NCBI GenBank assembly: GCA_964036045.1
Contig: OZ038378.1
Location: forward strand, 58,218,001-58,282,000
Direction: 5' to 3'
From: Eutreptiella sp. 'Long Island Sound 2002'
Lineage: Eukaryota; Protista; Euglenida
DNA length: 64,000 nucleotides
Shown: positions 1 to 10,886 of the stretch, one piece after another
Layout: each line of letters begins with the position of its first letter
Position numbering within the stretch: the first letter of the stretch is position 1
The notes under the pieces: generated by a model
The model's input: the letters and a program-made list of their open reading frames with translations, nothing else
What the model was told of the DNA's origin: nothing
Database searches by the model: none
Made by a program: the position numbers and the translations under genes

Positions 1-143
1 CGAGTGTAATGCCTGGGAGTGACGAGGACATGCAGCGGCAGTTCAAAGAGGCCAAGCAGAAGGTCGAGAAGGCAAACAAAGTCATTGAGCACATGCGGCG
101 GCAGAACCAGGACATGACTATGGAGCTGAAGCGGACCAAGCAG
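1..143 (+). CDS. CCDC13: CCDC13-like coiled-coil protein, exon A (5' boundary lies outside the window)
   Basis: Open frame SVMPGSDEDMQRQFKEAKQKVEKANKVIEHMRRQNQDMTMELKRTKQ ends at CAG|GT (intron starts at 144, phase 0). It joins in frame to the exon at 27375, giving ELKRTKQ-VLAKEVGE, which resembles my recollection of CCDC13 (ELRMAQKVLAREVGE). Confidence 0.82.
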
Positions 144-345
144 GTCCACTGTTGTCCACTCACATCCAACAACAACACACACGTCCACCTGTGTCCACCC
201 ACTACTCTCCAGCTACGCACGCACATCCATCTTCATGCACCCGAAAGCACCCTTACCCCACGGCGTTGTCCGCCCACTGCCACCACTATCCATGCTTATT
301 CCCCTGCATGTACCCGTCCACCCACATGACTCCCGAACTCCGTCT
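144..345 (+). repeat. TCCAC/CA-rich low-complexity tract at the 5' end of intron 1
   Basis: Many (g/a/c)TCCAC and CAC motifs directly after the donor site. Confidence 0.6.
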
Positions 346-369
346 AATTCCACCAACGTCGACCGACAT

Positions 370-707
370 TGGCACAGTGTATTTTGTATTATACGTGTAG
401 AGTTTTTCTTTGCGGTAAATGTGGGTAACAAAAATCGTCACACCATGGAATTTTTTTTTGCGGGAATTACGTGTCAACCTATACTCGCATTTACCGCAAA
501 AAAAAATTCAACGGCGCTATCGCAAAAAAAAAAAGCATGACATTGCAATATTTTTGTACGCGCGTATAATGCAAAAAAAAAATTGCACGACTTGACAATT
601 TTTTTGTACTCGCATTTACCGCAAAAAGTGATTTTATTGCTTTACCGCAAAAAAGTTGCATGACTGTATTGCAGAAAAAAGTTACACGTTTTACAAAGAA
701 TACATAC
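370..707. repeat. AT-rich repeat built on CATTTACCGCAAAA (both orientations); related segment at ~26630-26790
   Basis: catttaccgcaaaa at ~488 and ~612, tttaccgcaaaa at ~640, inverted tttgcggtaaatg at ~409. The same motif and ttacacgac recur at 26690-26780. Confidence 0.6.
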
Positions 708-2860
708 ATATAGCCAATCTGCCCACTCCTGGGCCATTGCTGATTTTGTCCCCCGCCGTGCAGCGTTGAAGACCCCCCAAATGGCAGGGGTTATGTAGCC
801 ACGAGGCCCACTTGCAGGCCACTTCTGATTCTTGTCTCCGGCTCTGAGAGGTTGGGGATCCCCCAAACAGCAGGGGTTATGTAGCCACCAGTCCCGATTG
901 TGGGCCACTTCTGATCTTGTCTCCCACTTTGAAACGTTGGGGACCCCCTAGATGGCAGGGGTTATGTAGCCACCAGGCCCACTTGTGGGCCACTTCTGAT
1001 TTTGTCCGCCGCTTTGAAACGTTGGGGACCACCTCAGACGGCATGGGTCATGTCGACACGTGGCCCACTTGTGGGCCACTTCTAATTTTGTCCCCCCGCT
1101 GTGAGGAGTTGGGGACCCCCCAGACGGTAGTGCTTATGTGGTGCCACTTGTGCGCCACTTCTGGTTTTGTCCCTGGCTCTGAAGTGTTGGGGACCCCATA
1201 CTGCAAGGTTATGAAGCCACCAGTCCCAACTGTGGGCCAGGTCTGACTTTGTCCCCCCACATTCAAGTGGCGGGACCCCGCAGACGGCAGGGGTTATGTA
1301 CCCACTAGGCCCACTTCTCGGCCACTTCTGATTCGGTTGTCCGCTTTTAAGTGTTGGGGACCCCCTCCCCCCCCGGACAGCAAGGGTTATGTAGCCACCG
1401 GGCCCACTTGTGAGTCATTGCTGCAGCGGTCCCCCGCTTTGAAGAGCGGGGTACCTCCTAGAGTTGAGGTGTTATGTATCCAATCCGCCCACGTGTGGGC
1501 CACTTGTGAGTTGGTACCCCGCTCTCAAGCGTTGGGGACGCACGGCACTGGTTATGTAACCACCGGGCCCAATTTTGGGGTACTACTGACTTAATCCCCC
1601 GCTCTGAAGCCTTGCGGACCCCCTAGATTTTATGGATTATGTAGCCACCAAGCCCCATCGTGGGCAACTTCTCATTTGGTCCCTCGCTTTGAAGAGTTGG
1701 GGATCCCCTAGACGCCAAAGGTTATGGAATTAATTCGTACACTTGTGGGCCACTTCTGATTTTGTCCTCCACTCTCATGCGTTGGGCACGCCCCAAACGG
1801 CAACGGTTATGTAGCCACTAGGCCTACATGTGGGCCACTTCTGATTTCGTCCCCCACTCTGCAGCGATGCCCCCCCCCCCCCCCCAAACGGCAGTGGTTA
1901 TGTGGCCACCAAGCCCCCTTGTGGGCCTCTTGTGATTTTGTTCCCCGCCTTGAAGGTGTGGGGACCCCCAAGACGGCGGGGTTTGTGTAGCCACTAGGTC
2001 CACTTGTGGGGCGCTGCTGAATTTATCCGCCTCCGTTGAAGCGTTGGGGAGTGTTGTGCAGCCACCATGCCCATCTGTGAGCCTTTTCTGATTTTGTCCC
2101 CTGCTTTGAAGCATTGGGGACCTCCTACACGGCAGGGGTGATGTAGCCATTGACACTAGGCCCACTTATGAGGCTTTTCTGACCCCCCCCCCCTTGCCGC
2201 CCTGATGCGTTGTGGACCTTGAAGACGGCGGGGGTTGTGCAGCCACCGTGACCAATTGTAGGCCACTTCTGATTTTGTCCCCTAGCCTGAAGCGTAGGAT
2301 CTCCCGTAGACTGCAAGGGTTATGTAGCTACCACACCCACCTCCGGGTGCCTTGTCATTTTGTCTGCCCCTCTTGGTTTTGGGGGGTTGGGGACCCCCCA
2401 AATGGCACGAGTTATGTTACCACGAGTCCCACTTGTGGGGCAGGTTTGTTTTTGTCGTCGGCTTTGACGTGTTGGGGACCCTCCAGACGGCAAGGGTTAT
2501 GTAACAACCACGCCCACTTGTGGGCCACTTCTCATTTCCCCCCCCGCTTTGAAACGTTGGGGACCCCCCAAACCGCACGGGTCATGTAGCCACCAAGCCC
2601 AATTGTCGGCCACCTCTAATTTTGTTCCCTAGTGTGAAGCGTTGGCCACCCTCCAGATGGCAAGGGGTATGTAGCCACCAAGCCAACTTGTAGTCCACTT
2701 CTCAATTTGTTGCATGCTCCAAAGTGTTGGGAACCCCCTAGACGGTAGGGGTTGTGTAGCCATGAGGCCCCGTTGTTGGCGAGGTCTTATTTTTTGCCCC
2801 ACTGTGAAGCGTTGAGCACCAATATAGGGCAAGACTTATATCGCCACTAGCCCCAATTGT
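708..2860 (+). repeat. Sat85 tandem satellite block 1 (~85-86 bp monomer)
   Basis: Approximate consensus GGGTTATGTAGCCACCAGGCCCACTTGTGGGCCACTTCTGATTTTGTCCCCCGCTTTGAAGCGTTGGGGACCCCCAGACGGCAG. GTTATGTAGCC recurs at 790, 876 and 961. Confidence 0.95.
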
Positions 2861-3630
2861 GGGGGGGAGCCTTAAGCGCAGTGCGCGTGCAGTGCGCGCG
2901 CCGTGCGCGCGCAGTGCAACTATTTGGGCGTCTGGCCGTACTGGAGACCCATGCTTTGAGATCATGGGGGCATCATCGTTACCCTGTTGCGTAGGTTTTG
3001 ATGCTTTTTCCACATTGGGGATATAGCATTTTTGGAATTTCACCCAATTTCACCCATTTCCACCCTTTTTCACACTTTATCTCTATTTGCAAGGGCTATT
3101 TGGACCATTTCTTTGTGCAGGTTACTACCCATCTCTTTGAATTGTGCTATGCCTGAGATTCCAAGCCAAGTCGCATTTGAATTCGCCATCAAATTCCTCC
3201 AGCTGGTCGCATCAACTTACGAGGCTTGATGTGGCTGGTGAAGCGAAAGACCCGCCAGAGGGTGAGTAGTTCAACTCCGAATGATCTCGTAGCGGAAATT
3301 GCCTCCGCGGGGCTGTCGCCGCAACGGTTGTCATATTATGTCGACAAAGGTTTCGATGCACATACGAAAGGAGGTACCCCCGGCCGACTCCCCCTCTACA
3401 TTAGAGGATGTTGAGGGGGGCAACCAATACGCTGTTCATGGCTGTTCCAGATGTGCATGATGTGTGTTATGTGAAGGGAAGGTAGTTTGCAATTTTCTTG
3501 AGCTGGGGCAGTTTGGGTCACCTATTTCTAAGGGCGTTTCCAAGGGGCGTGCCTAGGGGCTCTTCTGGTGGAACATAGTCTAGCGCGCAGTGCGCGTGCA
3601 GTGCGCGCGCAATGCGCGCGCAGTGCAAGG
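2861..3630. mobile_element. ~770-bp insertion in Sat85 bounded by 44-bp GC-alternating direct repeats
   Basis: 2876-2919 and 3585-3628 are 42/44 identical (gcgcagtgcgcgtgcagtgcgcgcgc..tgcgcgcgcagtgcaa). Satellite resumes on both sides. No recognisable coding capacity. Confidence 0.5.
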
Positions 3631-4641
3631 ATTTCCCCTGGGCACCTTGTGATTTCGTTGCCCGCGCTGAAGCATTGGGGATCACCCACACGGGAGGGGC
3701 GAGGTAGCCACAAGGCCTAGTTGTAGGCCAAATGTGATGTTGTTCTCCCGCCCAAAGCATGGCGCAACCCGTAGTTGGCAGGTAATGTGTTGCCACTCGG
3801 CCCACTTGGGAGGTTTTTCTGATTTCGTACCCCGCCCTCAAGTGTTGTGCACCCCTCGGATGGCACGGGTTATGTAGCCATCAAGCCCACTTATGGGCCA
3901 CCTTTCCTTTGGTCCGTCGCCATGAAGCGTTGGGGACCCCTCACGCGGCCCGGGTTATATAGCCACCAGGCCCACTTGTGGGCTACTTGTGATTTTGTAC
4001 CCAGCTCTCAAGCGCTAGGGAGCCCTTGCAAGGCATGGGTTATGTAGCGACGGGGCCCACTTGTGGGCCGCTTTTCATGTTGTCCCCCACTGTGAAGCGT
4101 TGCGGACCCCACATATGGTAGGGGTTATGTTGCCACTAGGCCCCCTTGTGGGCTTCTTCTGATTTTGTCCCCCGCTAAGATGCGTTGGGTACCCCCAAGA
4201 CAACAGCAATTGTGTGCCACTAGGCCCACTTGTGTGCCACTTGCAGTGTTGGCCCCCCACCCTAAAGCGTTGGAGAACTCCGAAACGGCAGGTAATATTT
4301 AGCCACCAGGCCTAGTTGTGCGCAACTTCGGAATGTTTGCCCCGCGCTCAAGCATTGGGGAGCTCGCATACGACACAAGTTATGTAGCCACACTTGTGGG
4401 CCACTTTTGATATGGTCCCCCACCCTACAGTGTTGGGGACCATTCGCACGGCAGGAGTTACACAGCCATCAGGCCCACTTGTGGGCCACTTCTGCTCCCG
4501 TCCACAGCTTTGCACCGTTGGCACCCGCACACGGCAGGGGTTCCAATTGTGGGCCACTTTTGTCCCCTGCTCTAAAGTGTTGGGGACCCGCAAGATGGTT
4601 GTGGTCATGCCGCCACCAGCCCCACTTGTGGACCACTTTTG
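3630..4641 (+). repeat. Sat85 block 2
   Basis: Same monomer; ends mid-monomer at the transposon TIR. Confidence 0.93.
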
Positions 4642-6119
4642 CCCTAGAGACCTACGATAAATCCAATATGTTAAATTTTCAATTCTAATTTTTCAAAGGT
4701 GTAAAATCTTAAACCGATAAATTTTAACTTGTTAAATGTGAATACCTATTTTTTTCTAGAATTTAAAGTATTTGCGTGGTTAATTGCATGCGTATGCTAG
4801 GGTTTTGAGGTGGTTCAATGTGGTAGAATGTTGCCCAATGGGTTTGTAGAGATGTTGGATTGCCTAAGGGTTGGGTGTCCAACCCTTAGTCCTCTTCTAT
4901 GTGCCCACCGCCAACCCCACTCCATACCCCCTTTTCTCTTGTCTAGCACTTGTTATGCCTTTCCCTCGAGACACTATTCTCGAGCTTAGCATGACGCTTG
5001 TGTGTTTCAGTGGAGCCAAGAGTTTGCAGGACCCATTGGTCTCTCAACTCCTTGGTGAGTGGGTGGCTTCATCTCCCTTGGCCCGGGCCCGATGGTCCGA
5101 GGCCACGGACGTTGGCTACCCCTCCCTTATTCGTACTAAGTAAGTGGAGGCGGTGAAACAATACGCCCCCTTCCTTTTTCCCGCGCCCAATTTCATTGGG
5201 CTCCTCATGGACCTCAATGTCACAAAGACAAAGGGGTGCCGCCACCTCTCTCAGTTCATGACCCGGCGAGGAATTGACTATACGGCGGCTACAAGCCACA
5301 CCACCCATCCCAACACGGCAAGCCTTCTTGGACACATGGAAGGATATGGCTAAGCCGCTAGAGTTGCGCCCCCCCGTGAGCGTGGACGACCCGCCCGCTA
5401 TTGGCCGCAGCTGGCCCGTGCAATCATTGGCCCGCTACATTCAATCGCGTCCACCGCTAGTGGACACCATTGATTGGGACCGGCCCCTCACGTTTATTCA
5501 ATTGTGCACGGGGATGCCTACCCGTGTGCCGGTGGGAGTTGGACTTATCTATTGGGCTCCTCAACCACGGCAAACGGGGCCGCACACCCGCCTACTTGTG
5601 GGTCATCGGGATGGCGGTGTGCGCCGACAAAGACATGGCCGCTTTGGCCAGTATTTGGGCCAAGAACCTTCAGGTACTCAGCGCTTTTGTGTCGCAGTGA
5701 ATTCGGGTTGGCTTCTTTTCAAACTTCCTCGTTTAAAAGCGAAAAATTGCTTAAAATTCAAGCCGAACGAAGTTTGAAGTTGAAATTTAAACGAAAAGTG
5801 ACGCCCGGATATCAATGCACACACTCTTTTGTAGGTGTTACAGTCGATTCCCGGCTGCAAAAGTTTCTCTTGGGCATCCAGCTGGGTGCCTGTTGTGCTG
5901 GTTTTTGTGGGTGACCAGCCGTTTATTCGCCACCTCATTGGGGTCGCCACATCACCCCAAGTGGGGTCTATTTACAATATGGGGGTGTGGGACAAGGCGG
6001 CGGCGGCGTGGTTGCGGGTGGACGTGCGCTGGACTTGGGACAACGAGGCGGCGGCCCGTCACCAATATCAGGTGACGGGTCGGAGCTTGGACAATTGGGG
6101 GTGCATAGCGGAACCTCAC

Positions 6120-6894
6120 CACGGGGGCCGCTCCTGGTCGGGACCCGACCCCAAAGGAGGGGGGGGGGGGGCTCTAAGGACCCCAAAATTGTGGTACGGA
6201 ACAATGTGCTTTGTCGGCGCCGGAGATTTTCGTTTTAGGCATAGGGCAGGGGGAAAAATTTTTGTTCGACCCTATGTGTCTGTACTCAAAATACTCAAAA
6301 TTTCGTGGAGAATTCAAAAATGGCTCAAAAGCACAAAAAAGGATTTTGACCCTGACCCGGCCTCCGGGTCGGACCTTGGCTGATGGGAGCCTGTTTGAGC
6401 GTTAGCCAGGGCGGTCATTATGGGACGTGATTTTTTTTGTTAAGGTTCCCCACTTTGAAGCGGTGGGAACCCCTCAGGCTGCAAGGGTTATGTAGCCACC
6501 TTGCCCACTTTCGGGGCCACCTCTGATTCTGCCCCCCGCTCTGAAGCGGTGGGGATCCCCCAGGCGGCAGGGATTATGTAGCCACCTTGCCCACTTGGGG
6601 GCCACCTCTGATTCTGCCCCCCGCTCTGAAGCAGTGGGGATCCCCCAGGCGGCAGGGGTTATGTAGCAAGCTTGCCCACCTTTGGGGCCACCTCTGATTC
6701 TGTCCCCCGCACTGAAGCGGTGGGGACCCCCGAGGCGGCACGGGTTATGCAGCCACCTTGCCCACCTGTGGGTCACCACTGATTCTATCCCCCGCTCTGT
6801 TTGAGTCAACGAAGGGGGGGGGGGGGGGCTCTACAGCCCCCCAAACTGTCGAACACCTCTCGGGGTCACACATTGGCTGGCGGCGGCCCCCCTG
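6120..6894. mobile_element. Non-autonomous hAT-type MITE (775 bp) inserted in the transposase
   Basis: 8-bp TSD AACCTCAC at 6112-6119 and 6895-6902. TIRs cacgggggccgc and reverse complement caggggggccgc (11/12). CAGGG termini with an 8-bp TSD are hAT hallmarks. Confidence 0.85.
6445..6798 (+). repeat. ~4 homogeneous Sat85-variant monomers inside the hAT MITE
   Basis: (G/A)TTATG starts at 6487, 6573 and 6658 (85-86 bp period). The variant core ccttgcccactt.ggggccacctctgattctg is shared among the copies. Confidence 0.9.
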
Positions 6895-7665
6895 AACCTC
6901 ACATCGTGGTTGATCCGTGTTGGGTATTCCTATGAATCCTCCATTGTTGCATGGCCATTGGGCGGCTGCAGGTCGCTTTTGTTGACGCACGCCTGGAGTC
7001 ATTCCCCAAGGAGAATGCGGAGGCCGTGCAACGGTTATTGTACCGGGTACGCACAGGGGTGAAGCTAGGTGCCACCGCCGCACCCGATGGGGAGGAGGCT
7101 AGGGCTCTCTTCCTTGCATGGGAGGAGAAAGGCCCACTATCAGACTATTGGCCTACGCGCCGGAGGACCCCGAAAGGCAAGCCGTTGTTGCCATGAGGGA
7201 TCCCCTTTGGGACATGTTCAGCGACCCGCCCTTTCTCAATGACCGGGGGGCATCTGCTGTTGCGCGGCAGTACCTTGCACATTGATGCAAAGCCGCCTGC
7301 CAGTCCAACTACCTCCTCTACCTAGAGGAGGATTTGACCACATCGGTGGCTAATGCGGAACGTTTGGAGGTAGGGTTGGGGGCGGTTTGTGCGGATGTGG
7401 TAGAAAGCGTAAATGCAATTTTAAAACGGGCGTGCAACGATCACACGGCCCAGGGGCGGGGTGATGCCGGGGGCCACATCCCTGGGAAGAGAGGCGGAGG
7501 TAGTTTCACAAGTATGGGAACGGTGTTTTCGGAAATTTGATCTACCCCTAAGGACCCAAGGTAGCCCCCATGTGGCCCCATGTACAATGGCCACACTCAT
7601 GTCTAACCATAGCCCCCCACCCGTGTCCCTTTCCCTTGCACCCCCAGCTCTTGTTAGCCCTATCC

Positions 7666-10036
7666 ATGGACCCCGCCACAATGGAGGCGTTGATGGAGAA
7701 GATGTTCGAGAAGATGAGCGACAAAGTGATATGTGCTTGGGTGTGTTTGCTTGCGTAGGACGCGATATCCGACTCAGTAATTTTCGTTTAAATTTTAACG
7801 GGGGCGTCGCTTTTTTTCGTTCATTTGTAACACCGGTGGTTGTTTAACATTTAGAATTTAAGCTAAAAACGAAGTGTTAAAAATTAAACCAAATTTTTTA
7901 GACCCAGGTTAATTTTTGCATTTGTTCTCTTTTGCAGATGCGACAAATGGAGGACCGGCTGTAGCAGCGTGCAGCACTTCTTGGGGGAGCAGTTCCAGCT
8001 GCTCTAGCTCCTCCAGCAGCTCTAGCAGCTGCAACAGCCGGCGGTCCCCAACCCCGGTGGGGGAGGGGGGGGGGGCGCCGTCCGTCGCCGCCTCCTTTGA
8101 GGAATGGCGCCGGCCCAAGGAGGAGCGGTGCCGCGAGAAGGAGCAGAGACGGCGAAGGAGGAGGAGGAGAGGAGGGCAAAGGAGGAGAGGAGGTCCAACC
8201 AGTAACGGGGGGGGGGGGCAGAGCAGGAGGAGGTGGTGGTGCCAGAGGCCGGGGATGAGGATGGGGAGGGGGATGAGGATGGGGAGGGGGATGAGGTCTA
8301 GGTGCAGCTCCCCCCCAACCCCCTATTTTCCTCCTTCCCGAGTGGCTGCAAAAGTCCTCGAACAGGGCTCGGGGCCACACCAACCAATTTTTCTGACTCG
8401 AGCAAGGGTCAATATACCCTTCATTGGGTTATGCGCCGACTTTTCCGGTGCCTAATTAGGAAACATTCGGAGGGCAAGGGGGAGCGGCAGAGGGATGCTG
8501 CCAAAGGGGGCGCCGGGCGCTGGCAGCCAGTGCCGGGCGATCCCATGTCCCCCTTGCCCGAGCGCATCAGCTCAGGGTCCTTATCGGCCCTGAACCTGCC
8601 GTCCGACCCCCTGGGGGACGGGTGTGGCACGGGCCACTACCTGGTGTGCCTGAGGCACTAGGTAGCCCTTGGCTGGTGCTAACAGTGGCGGCAGGGCACG
8701 TCGGTGCAGTTTGCACCGATGTGCTGTGCCCTGATGTCCCTGCCCACCCCCCCCTACAACCCCGCTGCCCAGCACACCCACGAGGGGCTGGTGCCTGGGC
8801 CGCACACAACCCGCGGCTTGGCTCCCATCACTCGGACGGCCCCCCCAGCGGCCACCACCGCCAACACCACCAACGCCGCCGATCCAGTAGAGGCCCCCGC
8901 CCCGCCTCAAGGTTCAGGCAGGCGATGGGGGTGCTGCATGCTCTGGGGTGCCCAAAATTTCAAAAGCTATGTGTGTGTATGCGTGTGTTTGCGTTTGTTA
9001 AATTTTTAGGGCGCTTTGTTTAAAAGTTTTGGTTTCATTTTTAAAGTTTTGATCTCTGCTTCAAAAATTAAAAATGATGTTATAAATTAAAGCAGATAAT
9101 TTAAAAAAATCGTCCAACAAATTCAGTTTTTCCCCCGGACCACGGCCACCGCCTGCTTTGTTGCAGGTCAAGGAGGTGGCGGTCTGCGGAGACGATGTGC
9201 GCCCCATCCGTGTTGTTTGGCGCGACAAGGACGGGGAGCGGAGCGTGGGGTTAGGGGGGCTCCACAAGCTCCTCGCCCATGACCCCGCGCTTGGGCTTGC
9301 CATGCTCCGCGGCTTGAAGGAGTGGGAGCACGGCCGCCAGTGCGCGGAGGTGTGGGGTCCCTGGAGGCCCTACAAGCCCACTTCGAGGGCACACTTTGGG
9401 GAGGTAGGGTGGTTGGGGTGTGACGATACAGCGCTTTGTCAATGGATGGGTGGCGCAGAGGGAAGGGAGGTGAAGGAAGAAAGGGAGGGGGCAAGCACCA
9501 CCACCACCACCCCCCCCCTCCAAGCCCTAGCCACCCCCCCCCCCCCAAAGCGGAAGCGGTTGGAGTGGGACTCAGACGCCGAGTGCGACAACCCCGCCTC
9601 TTCCTCTTCGTCGTCCTCCGCCAAAGACACCCCCCCCCCCGAACAGGAACCCCCCCCAAAGTCAAAGGCCGTCCCTGCCTCAAAAGAGAAGGGGCGGGAG
9701 AAGAAGGCGAAGGTCGGTGGGAAAGAAGCGGGGGCGGCGGAGAAGGAGGCAGGGGGGGGGGGACCCCCCGATCCCCTCATGGAAACCTCCGCCCACGTCT
9801 CATACGGGGGCGGGGTAGAGGTGGGCACCGTTACCGGTGTCCACACCCGCAAGAGCGGAGTTGTTTGGGTGAGATACCCAAACAACCCCAACCTCTATGA
9901 GGTGGAGCGCCAGCTCATCTTCGGCACCGCCGAAGCCGCGGAGGCGCACCTCCAGAAGGTGCGCAAGGGCAAGACGCCCACCACCAACCCCCCCCCCCCC
10001 CGCCCCCCAACAAAGCCGGCTAACCACCCCGACTAA
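7666..10036 (+). pseudogene. Accessory gene 2 of transposon copy 1 (unknown function; multi-exon)
   Basis: Exon MDPATMEALMEKMFEKMSDK (7666-7725), intron 7726-7937 (GT..AG), then MRQMEDRL* and disrupted middle exons. The last exon 9167-10036 (acceptor ttgcAG|) is an intact 290-codon frame homologous to the minus-strand gene at 55.1-55.9 kb. Confidence 0.65.
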
Positions 10037-10209
10037 CCCCCGAGAAAACCCTCAACCCAACCCAAATACCCCCGGTAACCTACCTAACCCCCCAAGCGAA
10101 ACCCAAGCTACCTCGGCACTATGGGACCCGGAAACGGGCTCCCGGAAGGTTTAACACTGCAACAATGGCCTAGAATGGCCAAGCACATGAGCCGCAAAGG
10201 CTAAAGGGT

Positions 10210-10520
10210 ATGCCTCTCCCCTTTGTGAACGGCCCTGAATGGAACTTTTGAATGAGAATGCGAACCTGAGTGGAAACCGGCGAAATCGGCGGGTGACGCG
10301 AATGCGCACGAGGATGCGAATGTGAATTCGAATCTATTTTTTTTGCGAATGTAGCCTAAATTAGGCCAGATGCGAAATACAGGTCGGGTCTTTTGAATTT
10401 TTATGATTTTTTGGCGAAGTAAGCATAGCAAGCGGGCACAAAGACAAGGTACCACGGGCAAAACGGTCAAAAAATGCACAAAGTGGGCATACTCATTCAA
10501 AAGTTCCATTCACAGGGGGT
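10210..10520. mobile_element. MITE-like element with a 21-bp perfect inverted repeat; relative at 37870-38114
   Basis: tgaatggaacttttgaatgag (10236-10256) versus ctcattcaaaagttccattca (10492-10512). Internal gggcacaaagaca.gg.a.cacgggcaaaacgg is shared with ~38030-38060. Confidence 0.6.
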
Positions 10521-10886
10521 ACATTCTATGTGTTTCTGTGCTTCTGTAGGGAGGTTTGATTTTTGGAAAGTTTGTATACATTTTGTTGGTTTAAATTATA
10601 ATCCCGGCGACGCATAATATTTAAAAGCTAAAAATTGTAAACCAAAAATTAAACTCAAATTTCAAAGCCGAGAGCCCTTTTAATATTTTTACACATCAAG
10701 ACGGGTGAACCCCCCCCCCAAACCAAGGCGTAAAATGGTTCACACACACACACAAGGCACCCCGTAGGGGTGAATTTTTTCCCAAGCGACGCCCCTAATC
10801 CCCCTGCAAAAAGTGCATACTTTGGTTTAATCAATTGATTTTTGGCCAAAAATTAAAAATAATGGATTTAATTTGGGTCTCTTGGA

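Larger units (their letters stand above)
4960..7660 (+). pseudogene. DDE transposase (CMC/Transib/RAG1-core-like), spliced, disrupted
   Basis: Motifs: IVHG-D-AY (D at 5513); phase-0 intron 5674-5834 (CAG|gtactc...ttgtAG|); FVG-D-QPFIRHLIG (D at 5913); *ILH at the CxxH position (6933-6944); V-E-SVNAILK (E at 7403). Excising the hAT MITE restores the frame (CIAEPH-IVVDP). Several stops and frameshifts. Gene ends approximate. Confidence 0.75.
4642..10886 (+). mobile_element. CMC(EnSpm)/Transib-like DNA transposon, copy 1 (6,245 bp), two intron-containing genes
   Basis: Imperfect TIRs: ccctagagacctacgataaatccaatat versus reverse complement tccaagagacccaaattaaatccattat (21/27 match from the second base). 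TG duplicated at 4640-41 and 10887-88; removing the element restores a Sat85 monomer (ccacttttg-cttttgtccccc). Contains a DDE transposase pseudogene. Confidence 0.78.

Noticed and set aside
144-329. C-terminal half of ORF 9..329 (VHCCPLTS...)
   Set aside because: It is read-through into the intron. Splicing at 143 gives the CCDC13-like continuation.
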